From Vitrella brassicaformis CCMP3155 (Eukaryota; Protista; Chromerida), in the NCBI GenBank assembly GCA_001179505.1, contig CDMY01000336.1, positions 124,001 to 188,000 on the forward strand: a stretch of 64,000 nucleotides of DNA, read 5' to 3'. The position numbers and the translations under genes were made by a program. The notes under the pieces are model-generated. The model did not search any database. It was not told the DNA's origin and saw nothing but the letters and a program-made list of their open reading frames with translations. Below, one piece after another: positions 24,064 through 36,523 of the stretch (position 1 is its first letter; the number at the start of each line of letters is the position of its first letter).

Positions 24064-26605
24064 ATGAGTGAGGTGTTTGCATGGGCAGTCTTCGCATCGT
24101 TCATCCTCGTAAGCAAAGAAAAGGCCAAGATCCACTCATCCCATGCTCTCTGTCGCGTTTCAGGCGTTGCTGGTCATCAATTATCTGTTGACGAGATGGC
24201 TTGTGGACCCGGCGGAGAGCTACACGCTGGCCACATTCGCAGTGGTCTCATGCTTGACCATCAGCTTGCTGTGCGTCCTGCTCCTTCCAGTGGATGTCTT
24301 CACCGCATCAAAAGGGGTACTGTGGCAAACACAGCAGAATCGCTGTTGACGTGATGGCTGCATTGGTGTGCATGTCAATTGGTGCATGTGTGTGTGTTCA
24401 TTGTAATGTTAGGACATTCGCACCGAGTGGACACAGGTGGTGGTTTCGCAGCAGCTGGTTCAGTCAACTTATCTCGGTAGGCACACCGGAAGGCTCACCG
24501 TCACTGTGACATACTTGCAGGTTTCTGTGTATGTGTGTGTGTGTGTTGTGTGTGTCAGCTCTGTTTGGTGCTCTCCTTGTGCTGTGTTACGTGGTGGTGC
24601 CGTTCGCTTTCTTCTATGGCGAGGAAAGGGGTGCCGACTTCGATGAAGACCAGGAGCCATGCGGCAAATCGGCTGGCGCACTCAGACACACAGTAGGCGG
24701 CAAAGAGAAAGGCCCTCTTTCTCTTTGCATGGCCCTCTCTCCGTGTGTGTTGGTGGCACGACACACAGGTGTTCTTCATGGTGTTTGTGGTATTGCTGCT
24801 GCTGACGGGTCTGTCCTTCAGAGCCGGGCAGAAGGCGAGGCTGCAGCATGGCAAGGAGATCCAGTTCTTCCACCATGTCCTCGACGTTGACCACGGTACG
24901 CACCGACAGAGAACGCAAAATGAGCGGCGAGGCGGACGTCATTCATGTGTGTGTCTGCCGCTGGCTGCAGCTGGCGATGCAGCGATATCCTTCTCCATCG
25001 CCTCGTTGACCTTCCTCGGCGTTATGGCATGGATCTTCTACTCGGTCAGCTCAGCTTTCCACCACACTTGTGACGCGCTTCGCAGCCACCCCCACGCTGC
25101 TGTCGGCTTATCTCTCTTTATCAGGCCTATGGTCTGGCGTCCTTTCCCTTTGAGCTGATCCGCAGTCGTCGGTCGTTTCACGAGCAGCGCGTGGAGATCG
25201 AGAACGACATGGCCACGCTGCGTGAGCGCCACAGGGCGATTCAGGCCAAGTACGGCAGTAGGGGGGACGGCGGCGGCGCCTCCCTGGACATGAGCAAGAT
25301 GACCACAAGGGACAGGTGGAACCTCACAAAGCTGCAAAGGGAACAGAGGTAGGGGTGCGCTGAAGAGGGAGGGGTGAATGGCTCCCTGCATGCATTGCAT
25401 CTGGTGGGTGATTGCTGGTGGGTGGGTTGGTGTTGTTATGGGTCTATCCATCCATCATCAATCCATCAGGTTGTTGACGCACTACAACTACCGGCTGCAG
25501 GAGATGGAGGAGGCGGCCCAGAGCTGGATCGCCAAGACCATGATCATACTCACACCATTCAGGGTGCTCATCGGGACGGCTTTGGTGGGTCTTTCCCTGC
25601 TGGTCTTCATCTCGCTGCTGCTCACCTCCATCGATAGGGTGAGGGAAAGACAGACGCCAACAGAGAGGAGGGGGACGGCGGAGGACTCACGTGTTGTGTC
25701 TCTCTTTGGTGGTTCGTGTGTGGCCGGACGCAGTTTCTCCACTCTGGTTGTGCCCTGTCGTGTGGTTTTCTGCTCGAGAGTCAGCGGGCCCTGTGGAACC
25801 CACTCGATTGGCTGCTCACCTGGCTCTCAAATGTAGGCACGCAGGCACACCCAACAGGCCGGCACACACGATGATCGATCCTCTGTGTGTGTGTTTGTGT
25901 CAGTATTTCCCCTTAGACTTCGTCGCGCTGGCCGTGTTGACGCTGTACATATTCTGCTGCTCGCTTTACGGCATCACGGCGCTTGGAATTCGTGTGGCCT
26001 TCATTCCAATCTTCCCCATCAAGCCAAGAAGATCACTGCCTCAGGTGAGCAGGCATACAGAAGACACAGGGAGGGGGAGGGGGAGAGTGCACTTATCTGT
26101 CGTCTCTCTCTCTCTCTCTCTCTCTTGTGTGTGGCTGTGCCCTCTGCAGGCGTTGCTGCTGATGTGTTTCGTCTTGGCCCACATCCTCCTGGTGCTGTGC
26201 ATGACGCTTCTGACCATCGCCCACCAATACGCCACATTCGGCTCACAGACAATCAGGCGGGACGACGGGAGTCTGGAGGGCTGCTCGACGAGAAGCGATC
26301 CGAAACACTGCCACATATCGGTCATCGCCGCCTTCTTCAACCGCATTATCATCGGCAGCAGCGTCTTCTCTGTCGGTTACTTCTTCGCAAACTGGCTCTT
26401 CTGCGGTGCGGTGGGCAGGGCTTATGACGAAGCTGCGACGACATGACATCTCTCTCGTGCCAATCGGCCGTGTCGATCAGGTGTGTTCGTCCTCGTGTTC
26501 CTGCACGCATGGCTTTTGAGGCAGCCGAGATCACCGCTACTCGATGTGGGCACTCACTTGCACCCTCATGTTATGCCGAGTGCACGTGTGCCGTTGTCAC
26601 TGTGA
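24064..26605 (+). CDS. LMBR1-domain multi-pass membrane protein (LMBRD1-like); last exon uncertain
   Basis: LCVLLLPVDVF, YVVVPFAFFYGEE, AYGLASFPFELI, YFPLDF, HQYATFGSQ and HISVIAAFFNRI follow the LMBR1 family motif order; about nine hydrophobic segments over about 12 exons. Confidence 0.85.
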
Positions 26606-26810
26606 TGCACCCATCAATCAGGGTCGGTTGGATGAGATGGATGACGAAGCGCTAGGGCTGCTGGACATGGGTACGGAACACAAGACGTGAATGAGGGCGG
26701 GAGAGAGGGAGGGACGGTGGGAGGGGCAGCCACAGATACATGGGTACGGGCGGTGGTGGGTTGGGATGGGGCTGTGTGCAGACGGGCTGGAATACGACAA
26801 TGACAGCTGC

Positions 26811-26842
<32 letters not shown>

Positions 26843-27273
26843 TCACGTGTTGTATAGCATGACATTCATTGATTTTTCGTTTGTGTGATGTGTGTGATGG
26901 GGCTGCCGTGTCCAGCCAGCCGGTGATATGCCATTTGTACAGGTTTACTTGATGTGGTCCGTCCTCTATATGTATGAACATCCGCTTGTATACACCGTGG
27001 CAAACAATGGTCAATCAATCAAAACCGCCATCGATCGGAAGCTGTAGAGTGAGAAACATCACCGAGCTACGCAAAAACCGAAAACGTAGACACGTCGCCC
27101 TCACCCATCCCATCCCATCCTCCTCAGCTTAAAACCCATCAAAACATACACCCACGGAACAGACAGACAGACAGGCCGACAGAGAAAGGTAGGCAGCCAA
27201 TCACCGACCGACAGCGGTCATTCATTCAGGCGTAGATACATGCGCAAAACTGCCCTGCCCCACCCATGGCTAC

Positions 27274-28225
27274 TCACTTCTTGATGACCACTGGGGGTGC
27301 CGTCTTGGGTAGCGCATCGATGTAGCCCATGCCCGTCTTGGCCAGGCCGACGGTGGGAAGGGCCTTGCGGACGAAGCTCATGATAACGCCCTCTGCGAAG
27401 TAGCGGACGGACACCCAGAGGGATGTCCAGTCGTTGGTGATGAAGACGGTGGGCATGATGACGCCGTCATAGAAGGGCGGGATGAGGTTGCCGTAGCCGT
27501 ACTCGATCATCCACCCGCCGCCCTTCTGCGCGTAGCCCTTCTGCGTCCCCGCCTTGAGCACCATGCTGAAGTGCGCATTGGGGTTCTCGTGCTGCTTCCA
27601 GTTGGGCGTGAACACACGGTTCGTCAGATTCCCCACCAGCCAGTTCAGCTGCTCGCCCTGAAGTGGGTTGGTGACACACACACGCACATCATCCCACCCG
27701 CCTCGGCTGGTGTTCGTCGTGTTGGGTTCGTCGTCATACCTCGATTTGGAAGTCATAGCAGTCGTAAGGGTATTTGCCCGAGTAGCCGGCGGACGGCGTG
27801 GGGTTGCCAAATATGAGGATGTACTCGTTGCCGTCGGCATAGAGCATCCGCATCTGGCCCAGCACCGCCGCATTGTGGTTGAGGTGCCAGGGCGAGTTGG
27901 CGAAGTAGGCCAGCGAGTACTCACTCGCCAGCAGCGCCTGGATCAGGTCGAAGTGGCCCTGCAGATCTAGTTGGTCGTCCTCGGTCCCCACGAGCTCATC
28001 AGCACCCGCCCGATACTCATTGGCGTAGGCCACGATGTCCTCTACACACGCCTGCCCGCCCTTGTTCTTGTGTGCGCCGTCCTCGAAGACGAATTTGGGT
28101 GCGGGCTGCCCTGCGCGGCCTGCGGCGTTGGCGCAGAAGGTCTGGCCATCGTTGACGCCGAAAAACCACAGGTAGCCGCAGATGCTCCACCACACGCCTA
28201 GCAGGGCTGTCAGCACGATGTTCAT
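27274..28225 (-). CDS. ERG2: ERG2 / sigma-1 receptor family (C-8 sterol isomerase-like)
   Basis: N-terminal TM helix; NAAVLGQMRMLYADGNEYILIFG, GYSGKYPYDCYDF and WMIEYGYG parallel the sigma1/ERG2 motifs GxMxxLxASxxEYxxxFG and WMxEY; one intron (IE|GE). Confidence 0.82.
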
Positions 28226-28321
28226 GTTGACCTACAAGCGCGGCGGGGGAAAGGGGAGGGAGGGCTGAAAATGCCAAGCTCGCAGTTGACCGTTGAAAAC
28301 CGTTGTTGAACCTGATCCGCG

Positions 28322-31123
28322 ATGAGTAGCAGAGCGAGCAGGAGACCTGTTCGACAGGCCATTGCACTCAACACGCACCTCGTGAGGTAAGAAATGAGTC
28401 AAGGTCGGCTGTCTGATGAACACTGACTGTCACGGTGTGCATGTGGTTTGTGTGCTCTGGCTGCTGCAGTGGCTTGCGGTCGCTGCAGGAGAGCCCAGTA
28501 GCGGGCGTGAGGCCTCGGCGTCCCCGGTCGGTGCCTCCGAGGCCAAGACCAAAGCCGGAAGAAGCCATCGGCCTTGACGGTCAGTGAGTGAGTGACTGAC
28601 ATGACAGAGAGGAGGGAAAGAGAGAAGAAACACACGGCATGCATTGAGTGCACTGGTGTGTGTGTTTCAGTTGACGCGGATGACTCTGACGAATGCGACA
28701 TATACACACCAGTACGTGGGAGCGTTCTCCATTGTTCCATTCTAAGATTGATGCGCGGGAGGGAGGCTCTACTCATTGCCTTGCCTTGAATGCCTGTGTG
28801 TTTTCTGCAGGCTCGTGTCACAATCACACGGGCCATCCAGTCCGGCCGTCTCAGGTAGAGACAAACGAAGAGACAGCAACAGATTCATCATCTTGTGCGC
28901 TTCATGCAGGAATGCCCTCGATGTGTCCCGTGTGCCCGCCCTCAAGTGCACCACCTCCCTCCCCAGCCGCACCCGCGGACCGCCCGAGACGTCATTCTAC
29001 AACCCCCACTCGCGCAACACCCTCATCCGTCGGTCTCAGCAGGGCAGCAAGGCCTCCCACAGGGGCCCCGCCGCCCAGCAGCGTCCCCCCTCCCCCTCCC
29101 GCCCCCCAACCGGCCGCCGGCCCGTGTCGCCGGGCAGCATCGGTGCGCCGCTGCAGACGCTGAGGCCGCAGAGGATTGAACTGCCGACGTATCTCAATAT
29201 TCCCGCCAGACGGCCTGAAAGGGAAACTGTGAGTGAGACAGTGTTGTGTTGGAAGTGTGACAGTGGAGCGGTTGATTTGCTTGTTTTGTTGGTTCCTTCA
29301 GTGTCCGCCTGAGGAGCGGCTGTGGTCGATGAAGAAGCTGGGTGACCTGGAGCTGCTGGCATTCGCATGCCTTCGGGCCAATCGCATCAAGGTCGGTCTG
29401 TCTGTCTCTGAGACACAAACACACTGACGATGTGTCACGTGGAATATGTGTATACTGCAACGAACGCAGGAGGAGGGCCGGGCCTACTTCGCGGCAGCTG
29501 TCCTCAGGGACAACATGCAACAGTACAGAAAGGTACCGACCGGCCTACACAGCCTCGTGTCGTGTCTCACTCACACCCATCTATATGCAGGCGATAGCGC
29601 TCTACACAAGTTTCCTCCGCATCTGTCGTGAGTGTCGCGACACCCAGGGCTGCGGCCTCGCTTACCACTGCCTGGGCGTCGACCACCAACTGCTAGGTAA
29701 GTAACGCAGAGAGAGAATGAGCGCCTCGCGGTCATGTCTCTTCGTTCTTTGCTGATGTCACAACCAGCCGAGAAGCTGTTGGTGGGTGTGAGTCAGGATG
29801 AGGGTGGCGGCGTCGATCGCAGCGGGCGCGTGACGACGGCTCCTGGGCCGGGGGCGGGCTCCAATGCCTACAGAAATGCCCTCAAAAAGGCCATACTCTT
29901 CCATAACAAACACAGGTTGGTACACACACACAATCAATTCCCTTCACCGTACTTTCTTCCCTTCTGCCAGGGAGACGGCCGATTCTGTGGGCCGTTTCGT
30001 GGCACACCTGAACATGGGCATCGCATATCGGGACCTGGGTAGGTGGGGGCATCGCACGGATTCTGCCACACTCATCCATGTGATCTTCCTTCGCACGGCA
30101 GGCGACACGGCGTCTGCTCGCACCAACTTCCAGCATGCCCTCAAGTGAGCGAGGAGGCCAACATTGAACGGCCAGTCAACCCCATCTCTCTCGGATCTCT
30201 CTCTGTGTGTGTGTGCGTGTATGTGTGTTAGGTATGCGCACCACCTGAGCAGCATGGAGGGCCAGTGTGTCGCCATCGGCAACCTGGGACTCACTGAGCC
30301 TGCACCATGGGGGTGGGTGGAGGGCAGACACACAGCACACCCTCGTTCACTCACCCCTGCAAACACGTGTGTCTCTGTGCCTTGTGTAGGGCCGGCACTG
30401 CTGCCCAAATGCGGCCTGTCATCGGTGCGTAATCGGTTGAAGAGACGTATACGCACGTCGCTGTGTTGACTTTTGTGTGTGGTCGATGTGTACGCAGAGA
30501 AGTACCTCTCAATGGCGGCTCACCTCAAGCGAGAAGACGCAAGCTCAGGTCAGGACAAAACACTCCGCCACACACGGGCAGTGACAGCTGCAAGTGTCTG
30601 CCTGTCTGTCTGCCTGTCTGCCTGTGTATCCATTTCCCGTGTGTCTGTGTCCATCAGTGGCGTACCAGCGTTTGGGTCAGATGGCGGCATCTGAGGGCGA
30701 TTACACGTCGTCGTGTGACTACTACGCCAAGGCACTCGATGCCGCACTACGCACAGGAGACAAGGTCAGGTCAAATGATTGGCCAAACAGATAGACAGGA
30801 ATGGCTGCGTGGATGGTGTGTGGTGTGTACGGTACGGTGTATGCAGGAGGCGGAGCAGACCTCGCACATCCATTTGGGAGTTGCTGCAGGTTCGTGCGTG
30901 TCTGGGAAAGAAATTGCCATCCATCGCTTTCTACAATCGTTCGTGCCATGTGTTGTGTCCATCGACCAACGGATACATACATGGCTGTGTCGGTCTGTCT
31001 GTCTGTCTGTCTGTCTGTCTGTATGCAGCGCGGGCGAATCTGCAGGAGCACTTCACCAGGCTGCTGCAGCAGACCAGCACCAGCACAGCCATCCCCATCC
31101 CATCACACCAAGACAACGCATAA
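28322..31123 (+). CDS. Tetratricopeptide-repeat protein with Pro/Arg-rich N-terminus
   Basis: TPR-like helices GLAYHCLGVDHQLL, AHLNMGIAYRDLG...ARTNFQHAL, AIGNLGL and AYQRLGQMAASEGDYTSSCDYYAKAL over many GT-AG exons. Confidence 0.75.
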
Positions 31124-31602
31124 AGGAGAGACAGACAGACAGACAGCCGACAAATATCCCCTTCTCGCTATCGAGGCACGCCCTTGCATGCAGCGATACG
31201 TCCCACCCACCCTCTCACATGTACTTACTGTTTACCTGCATTCACACGAAAAAGTGTTGCGCCATTGCCCCTGGACCGGCTCATCATCTCTCTATCTTTC
31301 GCTGTGTGCTGTTTGCATCAATCGTACGCCATCATGACGATGCGCAAAACCTCACTGCAAAAAAGTGGCTAGCTACACGGAGAAAGCCCCGTACGGACGC
31401 TCTGGTGAACCGCCTTGCGCTCTATCATACAGACCCAGCACTCATTGAGAGCGATGCGCCTTCTGGCTGACACCACGACTGCACAAATCGATGGACACCT
31501 TACAGACAGACAGACAGCACAGAAAGAAAGTGAATGAAACAAACAAGCGATTTCGCCACGCACACTGCTACGGTCCTTGACCAGCCGACCGCCCCCTGAT
31601 CA

Positions 31603-31929
31603 TCATGCTCGTGAATGCTGGGCGTTCCGCAGCTGCCTGCGCCTGCAACAGCACAGCAGACACACACGAGTGAACCAACAATCTCCCTCATGCTTGTTGT
31701 GTGTGCTTACGAGAAGACTGGCCATGACGAAACCGAAGACAATGGTGCCGAGAGTGCCGAACAGTCGGTGCTGCGGGTTTGAGGCGTCCAGCGGTACTCG
31801 GTTGGCGAAGTAGAAGCGCTGGAAGGCCTCGGGGTCTTCTGGCGGCGCCGGAAGGCAGGCATTCATCCGCCGATAGATGTACCGGCGCACGACGGCGAAA
31901 GCCAGCTGCACGTGCCGCCGTGACATCAT
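31603..31929 (-). CDS. Small hypothetical membrane protein (first exon; remainder uncertain)
   Basis: ORF with a basic N-terminus and one hydrophobic segment (LFGTLGTIVFGFVMASLL) followed by a GTAAGC donor. Confidence 0.45.
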   Translation of the reverse strand: MMSRRHVQLAFAVVRRYIYRRMNACLPAPPEDPEAFQRFYFANRVPLDASNPQHRLFGTLGTIVFGFVMASLLVSTHNKHEGDCWFTRVCLLCCCRRRQLRNAQHSRA

Positions 31930-31982
31930 GCCATGATGCGGGGATGGATCAACGTGTGGTGAGAGGGGAGCCTCACAGAAAG

Positions 31983-32027
31983 GCGAGCTACTCTGGTTTT
32001 ACGTATGCCCTATTCTGCCTAGCTCGC
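31983..32027. promoter_or_regulatory. Inverted pair of AGCTCGC motifs in the small-gene/cryptochrome divergent spacer
   Basis: GCGAGCT at 31983-31989 (toward the minus gene) and AGCTCGC at 32021-32027 (toward the plus gene). Confidence 0.5.
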
Positions 32028-32075
32028 TTGAAGGGAGGCCTCCGAGAGAGGAACCTGAAAACTTGGTAGGGGGCG

Positions 32076-34938
32076 ATGCCTGAGGGTCTGACGAAGGCGC
32101 AGAAGAAAAATCAGAAACGGAAACAGAAGCGTGATGAGCAACGGCCGCAGACCACGGCCATCGTTTGGCTGCGTGAGGATCTCAGGCTTCACGACAACCC
32201 TGCGCTCCACCAGGCGACTCAGTGTGGCGCCATAGTCATCCCGGGTGAGTGAAGTGAGGGAATGAGGGGCACACGAGAGAATGACAGTTGTTGCTTGTGG
32301 CTCTGGGGTGTGTGCAGTGTACATCAAGGACGAGAGTGACCCCTCGCCATGGCCACTCCGCGGTGCCGCGCTGTACTGGAAGTATTGGTCGCTCAAGTGC
32401 TTCGGTGAGCTAGAAAGACAGCCAAACAGTGGCGCATCAGAGTCACCGTTGCGTGCTGCGTGTTGGTCAGATAACTCACTGCGTGGGTGCGGTAGCCGCC
32501 TCACTCTCAGGCGGGGCGATGCGCTGGCCACTATCGCACAGCTGGCGGCCGACACGTGAGGCACATCGGTGCAGCATCCATTCCATCATCAGCTCTGTGT
32601 TGTGTGTTCAGTGGCGCCACTTCTGTGTACTGGAATCGTGCGTGTGAACCGTGGAACGTGGAGCGCGATGAGCACGTCAAGGAGAGCCTCCAGATGAACG
32701 GCATACAGGTCCATGACTTCAAGGTGACCGACCACACATTCTCACATACGGACACACGCCCTTGGTGTCTTCCCACGTTCATGCATCCCATCCCCTGTCT
32801 GTCGTGGATGTGTGTGTGGTGGTGTGTGTCAGGGTGTGGTGTTGTATGAGCCGTGGGAGGCCAACCCAGATGACAACGCGCACAGAGCCGGATTCGGCAG
32901 CGTGGGCTTCTTCAGAGCAGGTATTGGACGCGCCACACACACTCTCGATGCATCCATCCGTTTGCGTCTCTGTGCCACATTCATGTACGTCTTCGTGCCT
33001 CAGCGTGTGAGCGTCTGGGGGAGCCGTCGAAGCCCCTGCCAGCGGTGGAGAAGCTCAAGGCGCCCCTGCTGTGGCCGGCCTCCCTCACCGTAGACGACCT
33101 GGGCTACCAGAGGATGCCCGTGCGGAAGGGCGGGGAGGTAGTGGACTGGGCTGCCAGCATCCGGCAGAGATGGGAGTTTGGGGAAGCTGGTGAGGAGGGA
33201 AACAAACGACCCCTTGTGCGCACGTCTATCCATCCCTCCGTCTGTCTGTCTGTCTGGGTATCAGGTGCGTTGAGGGCTCTGGACGAGTTCATCACGTCGG
33301 ATGCGTCTCAGAAGTTCGAGAGCCGGCAGAGGTTCCGGGCCGATCGCAAGTGACACGAATCACAATCGGGCGATCACAATGTTCGACCACAATCGGTCGC
33401 TTCTTTCTGTGGCAGGTGGACGGCCCAGATTTCACCCTACGTGCGGTTCGGCGAGCTCTCTTCCAGGCTCATCTACTGGGAGGCCAAGAGACGCATCGGA
33501 CACAACTGCCAGGTGAGTCTGTGCGGTACGGACCCACCGGATGTCTTCGTTGGTCAATGGATGGATGTGTATCTGCTGCAGACGTTCATCCGGCGTTTGT
33601 TTTGGCGAGACCTGGCGTACTGGACTCTGTGGAAGTTCCCCTCGTGCCACACGGAGCCGCTGCGGCCCCAGTACGCCCACCAGCGGTGGGGCACCGACGC
33701 CGCCGCACTCAAGAAGTGGCAGCGCGGTCGCACGGGCTTCCCGCTGGTCGATGCCGCCATGCGCCAGCTGTGGGCCATCGGATGGATGCCCAACTACCTA
33801 CGACACGTGAGATGACCATCCCCACAGACAGACAGACAGACAGACAGGAAGGAGCAGCCTATCCAGGGGTTCATCCATCTTGTCCTGGCTGCCTGATTTG
33901 GTTGTGTTGGGCAGGTTGTGGCTGGTTTCCTGGTCGAGTACATGAACATGCACTGGTTTGAGGGCTTCAAGTGGTTCGACTACACTCTGGTGGGAAGACA
34001 GCACGGCACAACGGCAGCCAACAGACACACGGGCGACCACCATTCACGTGTCTGTGTGCACCGGGGTGCAGGTTGACTCCGACGTGGCCATCAATGCCTA
34101 CATGTGGCAAAACGGTGGCCACTCAGGGCTCGACCAGTAAGAGAGAGAAGGAATGTCTGTCTGCATGGGCCACACAGTGAATCGGCTCGGTTGGTCCAGG
34201 TGGAACTTCGTGATGCATCCGGTCTACGCGGCCAAGTCATGCGACCCTGAGGGCAACTATGTCCGCCAATGGTGAGCGAGCACCACGGCTGTGCGACATA
34301 CATCTTCTTGATGCGTGCAAGAGTGCCGCTCATGTCTGTCAGGGTGCCTGAGCTTCGCCATTTGCCGGTCGAGTACGTCCACTGCCCATGGGAGGCGCCG
34401 GTGACGCTGCTTGCGTCCGCCAGGGTGCTGCTGGGCCGTGACTACTACCGCAGGACGATCGATGATCTGCTGGCGGCCAGGCGGAACTCACACAAGGCCG
34501 TCATCGAGGTGAGAAACATCCATGCATCATGAATGCATCTCATACGCTGGCATGCGTCCTTGCGTAATGCGTGGGTTTCGTGCGTACAGGTTCGGGAGGG
34601 TGTGGGGAAGCCGTATGTGCTGGCGTGCGGCAACGAGAAGATGCAGCTGCCCGACGGCCGGTGGGTCAGGCTCATCACACGCATCGACTACCGCATGATG
34701 GCCGCGAACCCTGTCACTGTCCAGACAGCCGCTGACGCATGGAACAAGTGAGTAAACGCACCCACATTACACCACCGACACAAGGGGAAATAGCAATTAT
34801 TGTCTCGTTCTCCTTGCTGGTTGGTGTAGGTCCAAGCGTCGGCTGTTGGATCAGATGAGTTTGGCCCTTGCGGACGAGCAGCGCATCTACCACCAGAGCC
34901 ACCCTGATGCCGACGAGGAAGAGAAGGCCGACCTCTAG
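32076..34938 (+). CDS. Cryptochrome/photolyase family protein (plant-like cryptochrome type)
   Basis: IVWLREDLRLHDNPAL, ISPYVRFGELS, WRD, GRTGFPLVDAAMRQLWAIGWMPNYLRH, LVDSDVAINAYMWQ, DPEGNYVRQW-VPEL; about 15 GT-AG introns. Confidence 0.93.
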
Positions 34939-35268
34939 CTCACATCATGTCTGCCACACATAGCGCAATGAGATCGATCGCAACTCCCAGAGAAGCGGAC
35001 TGCGAAGCAGGGCCCCGCGATTGCGCATAAAAGTTTCCTTTTCATGCTGGGGGTGATAGCGCTCATGTGTACAGTACAGTGTGTGTATGTATACATGTGT
35101 GTCTGTCGATAGGGAAGGGGCGGGGCCGTTCTACCTAGCTGCCTGCAGTGCTGTCACTCCCGAAGGGAGCATCCGTGTCACTCGTGTATTCATTCATGTA
35201 TTCGGACAAATGGGTGGGTCTGACGCCGTTGTACATGGCATTGTCTACAGACTCAACGGTCAGTGCAA

Positions 35269-35679
35269 TCATCCTGCCTCGAGCTCCTTCGCCAGTTTGG
35301 CCATTGTCAGTTGTTGCATCTTGCGCTGAAACAACCTGGGCGCCACTCGATTCAGCAGCTGCTCGATGCTCTCGAACGCTTCACCTTTGCAGCTCTCGCT
35401 GCCGGCCGGCATACCATCGTCAGACAAGATCTGCAACACGATGAATGCCAATGTCATGAATCATCGCAGGAATGAGAAATCAAGATGTGTGATGAATCGC
35501 ACCTGGAAGCACACTGGTGTGCGCTCGATGGTGAGCCTTCGCGCGTTGCCGTCCTCTTCTGCCAGCGTGATGATGAACGTTGCGGATGCATCTGTCATTG
35601 ACTGGAGCTGGAAGCTTTCGAAGAAGTCTTGGTAGTGCTGCTGGATGTGGCCCACATCCTCACGGACGCTTATCGACAT
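35269..35679 (-). CDS. GSKIP (DUF727) domain protein
   Basis: Two exons: ATFIITLAEED...LTIERTPVCFQ|I and FESIEQLLNRVAPRLFQRKMQQLTMAKL, resembling the GSKIP C-terminal (Y/F)E(T/S)..LL...P helix. Confidence 0.55.
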
Positions 35680-35989
35680 CGCCTCTATCCGGCGAGATTT
35701 TTGACCAGGCAGAGACAGAGCTCGCAGTTTGTTTTTTTTTGCCACATCCTCTTCCATCTCTTCTGTCCTCTCGTATGGCCCGCCACAGGCCCTCCCAAAA
35801 CCCCCCTGCTCGTGCGGATGTCGGCCGCCACTCTGTTCTTTCTTCCGCTCTTCTGGCGATGGGCGAAGGAGTAGTGGGTTGATCTCTGGCACCCCACCCT
35901 CGCCATCGTGGGCCGGCTTCGCGAGCAGGAAGGGAAGATGTTGAATACGAGCACGCCAGCGATGACTTGGATGGGGGTGCGTGTTGGAC

Positions 35990-36486
35990 GCCCTGCCTCA
36001 AGAAAACCTCTTTAAGTCGTCAGGTGAGTGTGTATGGCTGGTGACACACGTGGTGTGTGGTGTGTGCCCTGCGTGGTACTGCAAGTGAGGCCTGCGGCAC
36101 ACAGCGGCCGCCGTGTGCAACGGCGGCCGTTTGGTGTGTCTCTCGGCTGCGTCGATGGTCTGATGCATGGATGCATGGATGGATGACGGTGTGAAGTGAT
36201 GCCGCCTTTGTGCTGGTGGGTCTTCCTTTGTCGCCTTTGTGTGCAGATGAAATGGTGATTTTTTCCCTGATGACCGTCTCCTTGCTCGGCAGGGAACCCA
36301 AAAGGTAACACATACTCACAAAAAGTGTGATCTGCACCGTCCATTGAGCGCAGACGCGAATTCTTTCATTCTTCCTTTTTCCCTTTCCGTTCCGTAGTCG
36401 CACAGAACCCATCAAGAAATACCTACCCAAGGGGAGTGAGCCAGCCAGTCGGTGCACACACTGAGGCAGATCGACACGAAAGAAAC

Positions 36487-36523
<37 letters not shown>

